DNA of 61,751 bases, taken from IMG/VR virus record IMGVR_UViG_3300009149_010511, positions 1-61,751 of that record; one strand, written 5' to 3'. Under the pieces are notes generated by a model. It saw nothing but the letters and a program-made list of their open reading frames with translations. It had not been told where the DNA came from and ran no database searches. Position numbers and translations under genes: made by a program. Position 1 is the stretch's first letter. Each line of letters starts with the position of its first letter. Source of the stretch: a virus (Duplodnaviria; Caudoviricetes). Shown here piece after piece: positions 28,146 to 36,678 of this stretch.

Positions 28146-28498
28146 AACGTTATTTAGTTATTTTCTTAATGCTACTTGCCTTTATTTGCGTACAAGCAAA
28201 AGAGTTACAGTTTGATGATCAAGGTAACTTAATTGATCATGATTTAGATAAACTGTATCACATTACGAGTAAGTATAGCTTAGTTATTACTTGCGATGTT
28301 GTTACACCTGGTTATGAAGTTGTATTCAGAGAGGATTGGGGCTGGGAGTTGGCTTTTGGTTTTGGTTATAAACTGCTTTACAGTAACTTTCAGAAACAAT
28401 TCTTTTATAAAGCAGTAGGTATCGGGTTTGTTCTCGGTTATTCGTTAGATAGTCATAGACCAACTTATGGGATAGGATTTACACTCAGGAGGTTTTGA
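28142..28498 (+). CDS. Secreted protein with signal peptide and amphipathic beta-strands (start revised)
   Basis: MKRYLVIFLMLLAFICVQA signal; GWELAFGFGY, GIGFVLGY, YGIGFTLRRF with C-terminal Phe. Confidence 0.65.
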   Translation: MKRYLVIFLMLLAFICVQAKELQFDDQGNLIDHDLDKLYHITSKYSLVITCDVVTPGYEVVFREDWGWELAFGFGYKLLYSNFQKQFFYKAVGIGFVLGYSLDSHRPTYGIGFTLRRF

Positions 28499-28499
28499 G

Positions 28500-28880
28500 A
28501 TGATATTAAAACCATACGTAGGAGAAGATCAAAAAGCTTTCTTAAAGAGAGCTCTTACAATGCTTGTTACGAAACAAAATTACAAACCAGAAGAAGCTAA
28601 AATCATTGTTTCTTATCTATGGAAGCATAAAGAATCTCCTGAGGTAATAGCTGCGCAGAATGCTTTAGCAAAACCTACAATGGAATCAACAAGTACTACC
28701 TTTGTTAATAATATTCCTGTGCAACCACCTACCGGAGGTTTCCCTACGACACAAAATCTAGCTGGTCCTAATAATCAAATGCCGCAAGCTCCTACACAGA
28801 TGACTCCTATGATGACAATCTTTGAAAAGAAGCGACAAGAAGAACATGCTAAATGGTTAGCATCGAGAAATAAGAAATAA
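28500..28880 (+). CDS. Hypothetical protein; N-terminus similar to 5696
   Basis: KPYVGEDQKAFLKR...YKPEEAKIIVSYLWK; Pro/Gln-rich tail. Confidence 0.68.
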   Translation: MILKPYVGEDQKAFLKRALTMLVTKQNYKPEEAKIIVSYLWKHKESPEVIAAQNALAKPTMESTSTTFVNNIPVQPPTGGFPTTQNLAGPNNQMPQAPTQMTPMMTIFEKKRQEEHAKWLASRNKK

Positions 28881-29111
28881 ATGTAGTATTTATTAGTATG
28901 ACGTTAGACAAAAAAGATTTTATTGTTTTTTCGCACACTTTGACATACAGACGTATGTGTTTAGTAGGCTCCCTGTGACAAATACACAGTCATCACTAAT
29001 AAGTAGAAATTACAGAAATGTATTGTGCTACAATCACTTTAACGATACAGAGAAGTTTTTGTTAACAAGAATGTACACATCAGTAATTGGCCATTATTGG
29101 AGAAAGAGATA

Positions 29112-29321
29112 ATGAGGATTAAACCTAAACGCAAACCAATGGATGTTTCTGAATTCTACAATGTAGGAGAGTTGGTTAGAGGTACTAAGAAAGATAGTCC
29201 TTATGCAAGATTTAGGAAAGAGAATCAAACTATGTATTTTAAATGTTGTGTTTATGTTTTATACATATGTCAGACTAGGCGAAGACGCTTTGGTCTTTCT
29301 AAAGCAGGAGTGGTTACGTAG
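29112..29321 (+). CDS. Small ORF, hypervariable array A
   Basis: Overlap-coupled; ends YICQTRRRR. Confidence 0.55.
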   Translation: MRIKPKRKPMDVSEFYNVGELVRGTKKDSPYARFRKENQTMYFKCCVYVLYICQTRRRRFGLSKAGVVT

Positions 29322-29548
29322 TGGGAATCGTTTACGGACAACGAGATGAAGTTTTTCATGAGATGATTCAAGCATTCTGTGATAAAGAGGATGCTCTTGA
29401 CAAATATATGTTTCCAGTTAAGTTTCAGAACATTTTACAAAAATTTAGGATAAAGCGTCCTCACGGTGCAAAGATACACGAACTACTTGGATTCTCTGAT
29501 ATGGTATCTACTTTTATTTTTAAGAGAAAGGGTCTATTGCATCAATAG
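29321..29548 (+). CDS. Small ORF, array A (C-terminal FIFKRK)
   Basis: GGAG SD, GTG start overlapping the previous stop. Confidence 0.6.
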   Translation: MGIVYGQRDEVFHEMIQAFCDKEDALDKYMFPVKFQNILQKFRIKRPHGAKIHELLGFSDMVSTFIFKRKGLLHQ

Positions 29549-29573
29549 AGTTATAATAAGTGTTAATTAATAT

Positions 29574-29783
29574 ATGAGACATATTTCACAAGCAATATTA
29601 GTCGCTTATACTTTAACTCGTCCTTCTGCAATAGTAGGAAGGAATAAGTATTACTCGATAGTAGCACGTAGGCTAGATTTACTGGAAGTACATGCTTTTT
29701 GTAGTAGTAGTGACATACTAATTCCGTTATGTATAACAGAGTCTATCATCAACGTTGAGAAGTGGAAACTAGATGTTAAGTAA
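29574..29783 (+). CDS. Small ORF, array A
   Basis: 69-aa ORF, weak SD. Confidence 0.4.
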   Translation: MRHISQAILVAYTLTRPSAIVGRNKYYSIVARRLDLLEVHAFCSSSDILIPLCITESIINVEKWKLDVK

Positions 29784-30072
29784 CTGTACAACTAAACTTA
29801 AACAACTATTTTCAACACTGGAGAAAGAATCGTATGTGCAAACGCTGCAGCAAGTTTCTTCTATGGAGAAGCTTTATGGTGTTTTAGGTCTTACTGCTAG
29901 CGCTTTAATTAGATTTAATTTATCTATCGATAAATATGTCTTTTGCAAACCATTAAAATTTTATATTGAACCAGACACACTTGTTAGTGGCTCTGTTACA
30001 ACTGCATACTTACATACCTGCTTAGAATCTGAAAATACTATGATTAGGAAATACGTTTATGCCACACACTAA
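29773..30072 (+). CDS. Small ORF, array A (C-terminal KYVYATH)
   Basis: Overlap-coupled. Confidence 0.55.
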   Translation: MLSNCTTKLKQLFSTLEKESYVQTLQQVSSMEKLYGVLGLTASALIRFNLSIDKYVFCKPLKFYIEPDTLVSGSVTTAYLHTCLESENTMIRKYVYATH

Positions 30073-30319
30073 CGTTGAAACACGTTATCAACTTCCGTCC
30101 AAAGTAGCAGTAATTGACTCTTTATTAAGAAGAGGTGTTTTCACAGTTAAGCTATTTTCTATGCGTGCTTGTGCTGAGTATGCAGCTACTGTTAATTTAT
30201 ATTGTAAAGCTCACTATTATTGTTATAATAAACATGATTGCAGTTCTTGTTTTTATCATAGCCGCAGAAACGGGCCTTCTTGCATACATTGTTATTCAGG
30301 AGCGTTAGGATGGAAGTAA
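30059..30319 (+). CDS. Small Cys-rich ORF, array A
   Basis: CSSC...CIHC. Confidence 0.5.
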   Translation: MPHTNVETRYQLPSKVAVIDSLLRRGVFTVKLFSMRACAEYAATVNLYCKAHYYCYNKHDCSSCFYHSRRNGPSCIHCYSGALGWK

Positions 30320-30606
30320 TATATGCTTTTCCTAGCCATGATGAATTCACAATAGACTTACTTACGAATGAAACATTTTTCCATACAAAGGCAAGGTTGA
30401 AATTTGGTACACGTATGAGAAGAGATTTTAAGTATCGTGCAGATTGGTTTAGTCAACAAACATACGGGATGGCTGATACAGGGTTAGGTACTTATTGGAA
30501 TTTTCCAATGTTACTTACGTTACAATCAAGAGGAACGTTGACTACTCTCCCTTTTCCTATAGTAGTAGCACAATTACTATTTGTAAGAAAGGTTAAAAGA
30601 TGCTAG
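30310..30606 (+). CDS. Small ORF, array A (C-terminal LLFVRK; start revised)
   Basis: AGGAG SD before ATG 30310. Confidence 0.6.
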   Translation: MEVIYAFPSHDEFTIDLLTNETFFHTKARLKFGTRMRRDFKYRADWFSQQTYGMADTGLGTYWNFPMLLTLQSRGTLTTLPFPIVVAQLLFVRKVKRC

Positions 30607-30788
30607 CAGTAAGAGCAAGGAAGTCTTTAGCGGCAGAACATTTACATCCTTATATTTTTAAAATATGTAGAGTTACTATTTATGAGGATGAGCGCTGCCT
30701 TCGTCGACTATTTAATCGCTATGACAGCCAGTTAGTTGCTGAGTTACAGTGGTTTAATATAATACTGCGAGGCAGGTATATTCGATGA
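30600..30788 (+). CDS. Small ORF, array A
   Basis: ORF-track call overlapping both neighbours; start codon uncertain. Confidence 0.4.
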   Translation: MLAVRARKSLAAEHLHPYIFKICRVTIYEDERCLRRLFNRYDSQLVAELQWFNIILRGRYIR

Positions 30789-31021
30789 GCAGGAAAAAGA
30801 TTAGAGAATGTGAAGGTTTTACATGGTTACTGTGTGGGCGAAGTAAAAGTAGTATGATATCCTTTTTATATGGGGAGGAAGCAGCGTTACGTAGCGCTGC
30901 TTTTGGCTTATATATGAATGCAAGGCATGATCCCTTTACGCAAGGGTTACCAGAAATACCTACATACATTTTTTGTCGAAGAGGCTGCATGGCTTATAAA
31001 TATGCTGGAGCGAGAAGATGA
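30785..31021 (+). CDS. Small ORF, array A (YIFCRR)
   Basis: ATGA overlaps at both ends. Confidence 0.6.
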   Translation: MSRKKIRECEGFTWLLCGRSKSSMISFLYGEEAALRSAAFGLYMNARHDPFTQGLPEIPTYIFCRRGCMAYKYAGARR

Positions 31022-31260
31022 CGTCTACGGATGGTCACTTAGAGTGGTTAGTTTTTATACCTTGCTTTAAAGGCAACTTTTATCTTAGAAAAGAAAGTTT
31101 TGGCTTTTCAAGTAATTCCAGTCAGTATATGATTAAACCTGAGATAGATTCGCCACCTTTTGTTATAAATATAAATTATCTTCCACAACAGGGTGTGCTT
31201 TTTGAATTATTTATGACTTCAAGAATTTTCGCAAAGAAGTTAGTTACTAATATAGATTAG
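31018..31260 (+). CDS. Small ORF, array A (RIFAKK)
   Basis: GGAG SD, ATGA overlap. Confidence 0.6.
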   Translation: MTSTDGHLEWLVFIPCFKGNFYLRKESFGFSSNSSQYMIKPEIDSPPFVININYLPQQGVLFELFMTSRIFAKKLVTNID

Positions 31261-31271
31261 GAGATAGTAAA

Positions 31272-31766
31272 ATGATTCAACGATGGTTACCGAAAGAAGA
31301 AGAACTGAAAATCAAAAGTAACTTCCTTAAACTTGTAAAAGAGAATAAAATTGATTTTGGTATAGTTAAGTTAATGCAGTCTTTTAATCGTATCCCAGGC
31401 ATAGCCACTATCTGGTCTTGTGAAGGTCATACAGGGAACGAACTTTCAGGCTATACGCCTTACGTTAGTTTTGTATATAGTTTACATAGGAAGCCTAATG
31501 TAGAAAAATTCTGCAGATTAGTAAGAGATGAACTTAGATTCAAGAAGCCTGTTATTCAATTATCTATAAAGCCTAAAGAAGAAATGAGTTACTTTTCTGG
31601 ATATGATAAAGTATTAAAAGGCGAATGCGATAAAGAAGGTAACGTTGACAACTACAAAGAATGTGTTGCTTGTCATGTTCATTGTTACTCGAAAAACAAC
31701 ACCAGATTGTTTTGGTCTGTTGTTAAAAAGCACTTACCAATACTGAATAAGGAAATTGAACTTTAA
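31272..31766 (+). CDS. TYW3-like protein, paralog 2
   Basis: KIDFGIVKLMQSFNRIPGIATIWSCEGH...PYVSF. Confidence 0.6.
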   Translation: MIQRWLPKEEELKIKSNFLKLVKENKIDFGIVKLMQSFNRIPGIATIWSCEGHTGNELSGYTPYVSFVYSLHRKPNVEKFCRLVRDELRFKKPVIQLSIKPKEEMSYFSGYDKVLKGECDKEGNVDNYKECVACHVHCYSKNNTRLFWSVVKKHLPILNKEIEL

Positions 31767-31769
31767 ACT

Positions 31770-32057
31770 ATGAAATTGAATGGGAGCACTAACTATTTTT
31801 TTGGGAAAAAGAATCAGCCTAACACATACTTAGAAAGTAAAGAGTCAGGACAGATATCCTATGTTAGTAATCGGTGCTTTTTTCCAAATAGAGCATGCAC
31901 TGATTTTTGTTCGTCGGTTGCAGTAGATTGTCCAAGCCAACACTATTACTTCACTAGATATTTTCTTCCTCAGCTAATATTTGTAACTAAAAGGTTTTTT
32001 GATAAATATTATCCTCTTGATGACACTGTCGGAGGGAGTAAGGGTGGACATAGATGA
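31770..32057 (+). CDS. Small ORF, array A (LIFVTKR)
   Basis: Coupled ORF. Confidence 0.55.
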   Translation: MKLNGSTNYFFGKKNQPNTYLESKESGQISYVSNRCFFPNRACTDFCSSVAVDCPSQHYYFTRYFLPQLIFVTKRFFDKYYPLDDTVGGSKGGHR

Positions 32058-32320
32058 CTCGTGGCCAAGTAGTTCGTAAAAGCATAATCTCTGACTATTT
32101 GCTTGGTACTGGTAAAAAACTTAACCTTTTTTTAAGGAGGAGTTGGCAGCCGTCAATTGTTCTATGGCATTATCAGCTCGATTATTGGCCTCCTAATGGA
32201 GATAAAGCTTCTGTATACCCATTAGGAGAACCTGTTGCTAATATAGCTCGCACGTCGGCAATTCGGTATTATGTATTTGCTAACAAGAAGATGGTTGACC
32301 CCTCTTTGGAGATTAGATGA
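32054..32320 (+). CDS. Small ORF, array A (YVFANKK)
   Basis: ATGA overlaps; tag identical to that of 41135. Confidence 0.62.
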   Translation: MTRGQVVRKSIISDYLLGTGKKLNLFLRRSWQPSIVLWHYQLDYWPPNGDKASVYPLGEPVANIARTSAIRYYVFANKKMVDPSLEIR

Positions 32321-32547
32321 ATAGAATACCTTCATACATTCGACAGTATATATTTACCGAGGATCATACCTATAATCGTTTTTTTAGTTATCACGATTAT
32401 AATTTGGGTGACCAACATTTATACATAGAAGGATATTATGCATTTGACTATTTCCGTACGAGAGTAACTTATCCTAAAAGGACTGATAATGTAGTTGATT
32501 CCTATGCAATGTACGAATACATTTTCAATGCTAAGAGGTTAGTGTGA
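32317..32547 (+). CDS. Small ORF, array A (YIFNAKR)
   Basis: GGAG SD, ATGA overlap. Confidence 0.62.
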   Translation: MNRIPSYIRQYIFTEDHTYNRFFSYHDYNLGDQHLYIEGYYAFDYFRTRVTYPKRTDNVVDSYAMYEYIFNAKRLV

Positions 32548-32780
32548 TATGCGAGGGAGATTTTTTTGATAGTAGGGATAAAGGAAATGCTTTCTTAGGT
32601 TCCGGTAAATACATATTTCAAGAACCAATGAACCTATCCTGTATAAAATATTATCTTGGGCCAAAGGATACCTTATGTAATATCTGTGCTTATGGTCCGG
32701 TTGGTTTACCTGAAGTGTTTAGAATTGCATGTCTCACATTCGTATTCACAGCTAGACGCTCAGTAAAGTACACTTACTAA
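32544..32780 (+). CDS. Small ORF, array A (FVFTARR)
   Basis: GAGG SD, GTGA overlap. Confidence 0.6.
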   Translation: MICEGDFFDSRDKGNAFLGSGKYIFQEPMNLSCIKYYLGPKDTLCNICAYGPVGLPEVFRIACLTFVFTARRSVKYTY

Positions 32781-32826
32781 TTATTAAAGTATTTAATCAT
32801 CTCATAAGAAAAGGAGTGTGATAATT

Positions 32827-33228
32827 TTGGCATACTTTCTTAATGACCTAGAAGAAAGAGATATTAAGACTAAGTTTAAAGAGAAGGTTAGGAAAGAGGA
32901 GGTAGACTCACATCTTATCGAAATACTTAAAAGCTTTAATCGTATACAAGGTATAGCAGCATCAAAGTTTTACGATGGTAAGAATGGTGCGTATATCTTA
33001 ATCAGATCATCTTACGATAAGTCAAATAAACTTTCAAACTTTTTAGAAGCAGTAGCAAGTAGTTTTAGAACTAAAGACTTACCCTGTGTGTTCAGACACA
33101 GAGCTGGAGAACTATTAATCCAATGTAAGTCACGAGACTACAATGACATGTTCTGGTTTATAGTGATGTCACATGTAAGTAAACTTGCAGAAAAACCTAG
33201 TAAAAAAACAAGAAGGCCTAAGTCATGA
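32827..33228 (+). CDS. TYW3-like protein, paralog 3, lacking SCEGH
   Basis: AAGGAG SD with TTG start; EVDSHLIEILKSFNRIQGIAASKFYDG aligns with paralogs 1 and 2. Confidence 0.55.
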   Translation: MAYFLNDLEERDIKTKFKEKVRKEEVDSHLIEILKSFNRIQGIAASKFYDGKNGAYILIRSSYDKSNKLSNFLEAVASSFRTKDLPCVFRHRAGELLIQCKSRDYNDMFWFIVMSHVSKLAEKPSKKTRRPKS

Positions 33229-33935
33229 AGTTATTTCATTTTATTTCTGAAGCAGATTCAGAGACCGATCAATACTTAAAGAAGTATGGATTGTGTTCTC
33301 CTAGGAAGCTTTACCACGCGAATCTTACACTGTTTATGAAGTATCCTTTTGCTATTTATGGAGAAAGAGCTGCTAAATGGTTAAAGATACCTAAAGCGCA
33401 ACTACTTCCACAACAAGTACTTGACTATTTGGATAGAAGTCCTAAGAGAGCCCCTTATCTTAATTCAAGTTCTCTTTTCTTTTCACTATTACCATTAAGT
33501 GACTACCACGAAGATTTTAAAAATAACTTAAGGGAGGTATTAGAACTGGAAGTTGATTCAGCTATATTTCATGTTAAGCATGAACCTATTTTATTAAATA
33601 GAAAAGACATTCATCCTACTAGTTGGTCAATTGTTGGTAATGAGCGATACTTAGATACAGTTAGAGAAAAAGCAGCTAATAAACCAATAGGATCTTTATT
33701 ATTCAGAGACGTTCCTCATGTAGCTGTTAACTGTTATCATATCCTTTACAAACAATTGACAATCCTAAATGAAAAATTAGCTGATAAAACAGATCTCTCA
33801 AGAAACACAACAATCGAAGAGGATAATGACCATTTGGTAGAAAAGCCTAAAAATCCTCAACAAGCAAAGACGTTAATAGCTTCCGGATCTACCTCAGCAG
33901 AGGCATTAGAAAAGCTATACAATAAATTTAAGTAA
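33225..33935 (+). CDS. Possible ART-fold protein
   Basis: KLFHF...YLKKYGLCSP...SLFFS pattern resembles the H-..-GL.S-..-F.S ART core; inferred. Confidence 0.4.
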   Translation: MKLFHFISEADSETDQYLKKYGLCSPRKLYHANLTLFMKYPFAIYGERAAKWLKIPKAQLLPQQVLDYLDRSPKRAPYLNSSSLFFSLLPLSDYHEDFKNNLREVLELEVDSAIFHVKHEPILLNRKDIHPTSWSIVGNERYLDTVREKAANKPIGSLLFRDVPHVAVNCYHILYKQLTILNEKLADKTDLSRNTTIEEDNDHLVEKPKNPQQAKTLIASGSTSAEALEKLYNKFK

Positions 33936-33955
33936 ACCTTTAAGGAGGATACACA

Positions 33956-35347
33956 ATGACAAGAGAAAGTATTGTACAAAGTGCTCTTGATGCAGCATTT
34001 ACAAAGCATAGGGGTAGTGGGCACAATAGAGACTATTTTGGTGTTAATGACATAACTCCGCATTTTGAATCAAAAGTTGATACAAACATCAACTATGATA
34101 AACAGATTGCTGAAGCTGTTAAAGTCACTAAGCCCGAAGAATCTGAGAAAGGTAAGCCTGCCGCTAAGAACAAAAAAGATGCGCCTAAGTCTGCTGGAAA
34201 GATTATCGAAGAGCAGACAGCTGATAAAAAATTAGCTGAAGGTGTCAAGCAAGCAAAGAATGATAGGAACTATGACCCTAGTGTTAAAGGTGAATTGAAA
34301 AAGACTAAGAATGATGGTGTTGGTGGTTATTCTGGAACACAGGAACACATTGCAGCTAAGAATAGCACAGGTGTAGCAAAAACTAAATATGCTGTCGATA
34401 GTTTCACTAAAGCTCAGAAGACTTCTGCTAAACTAGTTGAAGCTGAGAACTATGAAGCAGACATTAAGAAAAATGCTAATAATTCTGCTCCTGCTAAGAA
34501 AGCAAGTAAGTCTTATGAAGGTGTTCATAGCAACGTAAATGATCCTAGAGCTAAGAGAGCAGTTGCTTCTTTTACTAATGCTGAAAAGTCTGATGCTAAA
34601 CTTCGTGAAGACACATCTTCTGATGTTGACGATTTAACACCGACAACTAATCCAGAAAAAGCTGTAGCTCCTATAAAGGCTCCATTAAAAGAAGACTCTA
34701 TTGAAGTGCAGTCAACTGATGAAGGCGACACTCCTCAGGATGTAATTGCAAACAATGTTGATGATCTTACTCCTACTGCTGGCCCTGGATTAGCTGTAAA
34801 GCCTGAAACTATTGCTGTAACGCAAAAGCAGCTTCCAACCTCCCCCGAAGATGTTCAAGCACAGAATTCACAGCAAGAAGGTGAAGTTGTTACGGTTGCT
34901 GTTGAAGACGACACTGAAGGCGAAGGCGAAATGCATCAGTATAGGCATGGACAAGACGATGGTGATGATTATGATGATGAAGAAGTTGACGAAGATGATT
35001 CTGACAATGACGAAGGCGAATACGAAGAAGACGAGGATAAAGATGCATACGAAGCCGATGAAGACGAAGACGACGATGAAGTAAATGAAGAAAGCACTGC
35101 AGTTGAATGTAACACCAAAAAAGGCAAAGGTCCTAAGATGGTTTACTTGACTGATGACAAACAGCGTGTTGCTTATATGCTTAATGAAAACGTTGTTGGT
35201 ATTCTTGACAAAACTTCAAATAAGCTTTATGTATCTGAATCGCTTGCAGAGTCTGTAAGAGACCAGTTAGAGAATCTTTCAGCCGGACTCGCTGTTCATG
35301 CAGTACCTGCTGGTAAGATGATAAGGAAGAATTATCCTAAAGGTTAA
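33956..35347 (+). CDS. Low-complexity repeat protein with an Asp/Glu tract, possible prohead core/scaffold-type protein
   Basis: AAGGAGG SD; repeats AVDSFTKAQKTSAKLVE / AVASFTNAEKSDAKLRE and VDDLTPT x2; many LxE sites. Confidence 0.6.
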   Translation: MTRESIVQSALDAAFTKHRGSGHNRDYFGVNDITPHFESKVDTNINYDKQIAEAVKVTKPEESEKGKPAAKNKKDAPKSAGKIIEEQTADKKLAEGVKQAKNDRNYDPSVKGELKKTKNDGVGGYSGTQEHIAAKNSTGVAKTKYAVDSFTKAQKTSAKLVEAENYEADIKKNANNSAPAKKASKSYEGVHSNVNDPRAKRAVASFTNAEKSDAKLREDTSSDVDDLTPTTNPEKAVAPIKAPLKEDSIEVQSTDEGDTPQDVIANNVDDLTPTAGPGLAVKPETIAVTQKQLPTSPEDVQAQNSQQEGEVVTVAVEDDTEGEGEMHQYRHGQDDGDDYDDEEVDEDDSDNDEGEYEEDEDKDAYEADEDEDDDEVNEESTAVECNTKKGKGPKMVYLTDDKQRVAYMLNENVVGILDKTSNKLYVSESLAESVRDQLENLSAGLAVHAVPAGKMIRKNYPKG

Positions 35348-35381
35348 TTACGTAGCGATTATATAAGAAGGAGTCTTTACA

Positions 35382-36665
35382 ATGAAATTCGTGTTTATCA
35401 GCCGATACGGTTTAGGTTTTTCAACAGCATACAGAGTACAACAAGAAGGTAATGAAGTTTACTTCTGCATGCTTGAGGATGACGGTATAATGTTGAATAC
35501 ATATAAAGGTATGTTAAAAAATGTAGTTTCAGACTATACCAGTTATATTGATAAAGATACTACGGTAGTCTTTGATAGTTCTACCAATGGTGATAGTGCG
35601 TACTGGTTAAAGAAAGCTGGCTACAAAACCTTTGGCGGTTCAGTATTTGCAGACCGTGTTGAGAGAGACAGACTCTGGGGACTCCTTACAGTTGCAGCTG
35701 ATTGCGGTTTAAACATTCCTGAAACAAGATTGTTTACTGATTTAAATGATGCACTTGTGTTTTTAAGAAAGACTAAGAATCTTAAACGATGGGTCTTTAA
35801 ACCACAAGGTTTCTATCATGAAAGTTATACACCCGCAACAGCTGTGCTATCTAAAGAATATCCAGAAGATGATCTAGAACAGATTTTTGGAATGTTTGCA
35901 ATCGGTGACTTTATACTACAAGAGTTTATTCCAGGTGAAGAAATTGCTTGGGAAGCTTGGTATAGTGAAGGTGAAAGAGTTGGCGACATTAATATGACCT
36001 TTGATGGAAAGAAATTGTTTGACCACGATAAGGGTCCTACAGTTGGCGGAACCGTTAATGTTGACATTGTTAGAGAACCTGAAACCTGTAAGATATATCA
36101 AGAGACTTGTATAGGTATAGAGAAACTTCTTAAGGCTGCTAGATACACAGGACCATTTGATTTAGCATTTATTATTTCAAGCGAAGACGGAAAACCTTAT
36201 TTCTTAGAGTTTACTCCTAGAATGGGTTATCCATCGTCTTATGCTTTATTTCATGGCACACCTGAGGTAGGTAAAGTCTTTTATGAATATGCACACGGTA
36301 AGGCCACAGAGCGGTACTTAGATAGAGATAAGTTTTATGCCACAGCTTTATTATCAGCTGCACCATTTCCTTACAATCCTATGCCTAGAGGAGTTCCTAT
36401 TAGATTTAATCCTGCGCATAGAGATAACCTTTGGTTTCAATTTATGATTGAGGAACAAGGTGTTATTAAAACTGCTGGAGCGTGTGCTGAGATTGCTTAC
36501 GTATGTGATTATGGTAACTCACTATTAAAAGTTAATGAAAACATTTTAAATATTATGAGACAGGTAAAAGTTCCTGTAGTATATCCTTTACAGTATAGAG
36601 AAGACATGGTTGAGGTTACTCTCAAAAGAATTAAAGCAGCTATCGCAACTGGCTACGTTGAATAA
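35382..36665 (+). CDS. PurD (GAR synthetase)-like ATP-grasp ligase
   Basis: FGGS..ADRVERDR, WVFKP, ILQEFIPGEE, KKLFDHDKGPTVGG, YFLEFTPRMGYP. Confidence 0.8.
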   Translation: MKFVFISRYGLGFSTAYRVQQEGNEVYFCMLEDDGIMLNTYKGMLKNVVSDYTSYIDKDTTVVFDSSTNGDSAYWLKKAGYKTFGGSVFADRVERDRLWGLLTVAADCGLNIPETRLFTDLNDALVFLRKTKNLKRWVFKPQGFYHESYTPATAVLSKEYPEDDLEQIFGMFAIGDFILQEFIPGEEIAWEAWYSEGERVGDINMTFDGKKLFDHDKGPTVGGTVNVDIVREPETCKIYQETCIGIEKLLKAARYTGPFDLAFIISSEDGKPYFLEFTPRMGYPSSYALFHGTPEVGKVFYEYAHGKATERYLDRDKFYATALLSAAPFPYNPMPRGVPIRFNPAHRDNLWFQFMIEEQGVIKTAGACAEIAYVCDYGNSLLKVNENILNIMRQVKVPVVYPLQYREDMVEVTLKRIKAAIATGYVE

Positions 36666-36678
36666 GGAGCAATAATAT

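Noticed and set aside
29112-32780. Diversity-generating retroelement or integron behind the small-ORF array
   Set aside because: No reverse transcriptase, integrase, TR/VR pair or attC-like palindromes seen; genes overlap with no intergenic repeats
35382-36665. Z-genome (2-aminoadenine) pathway
   Set aside because: That pathway needs PurZ, a PurA homolog; this protein is a PurD-like ATP-grasp and no PurA-like gene is in the window
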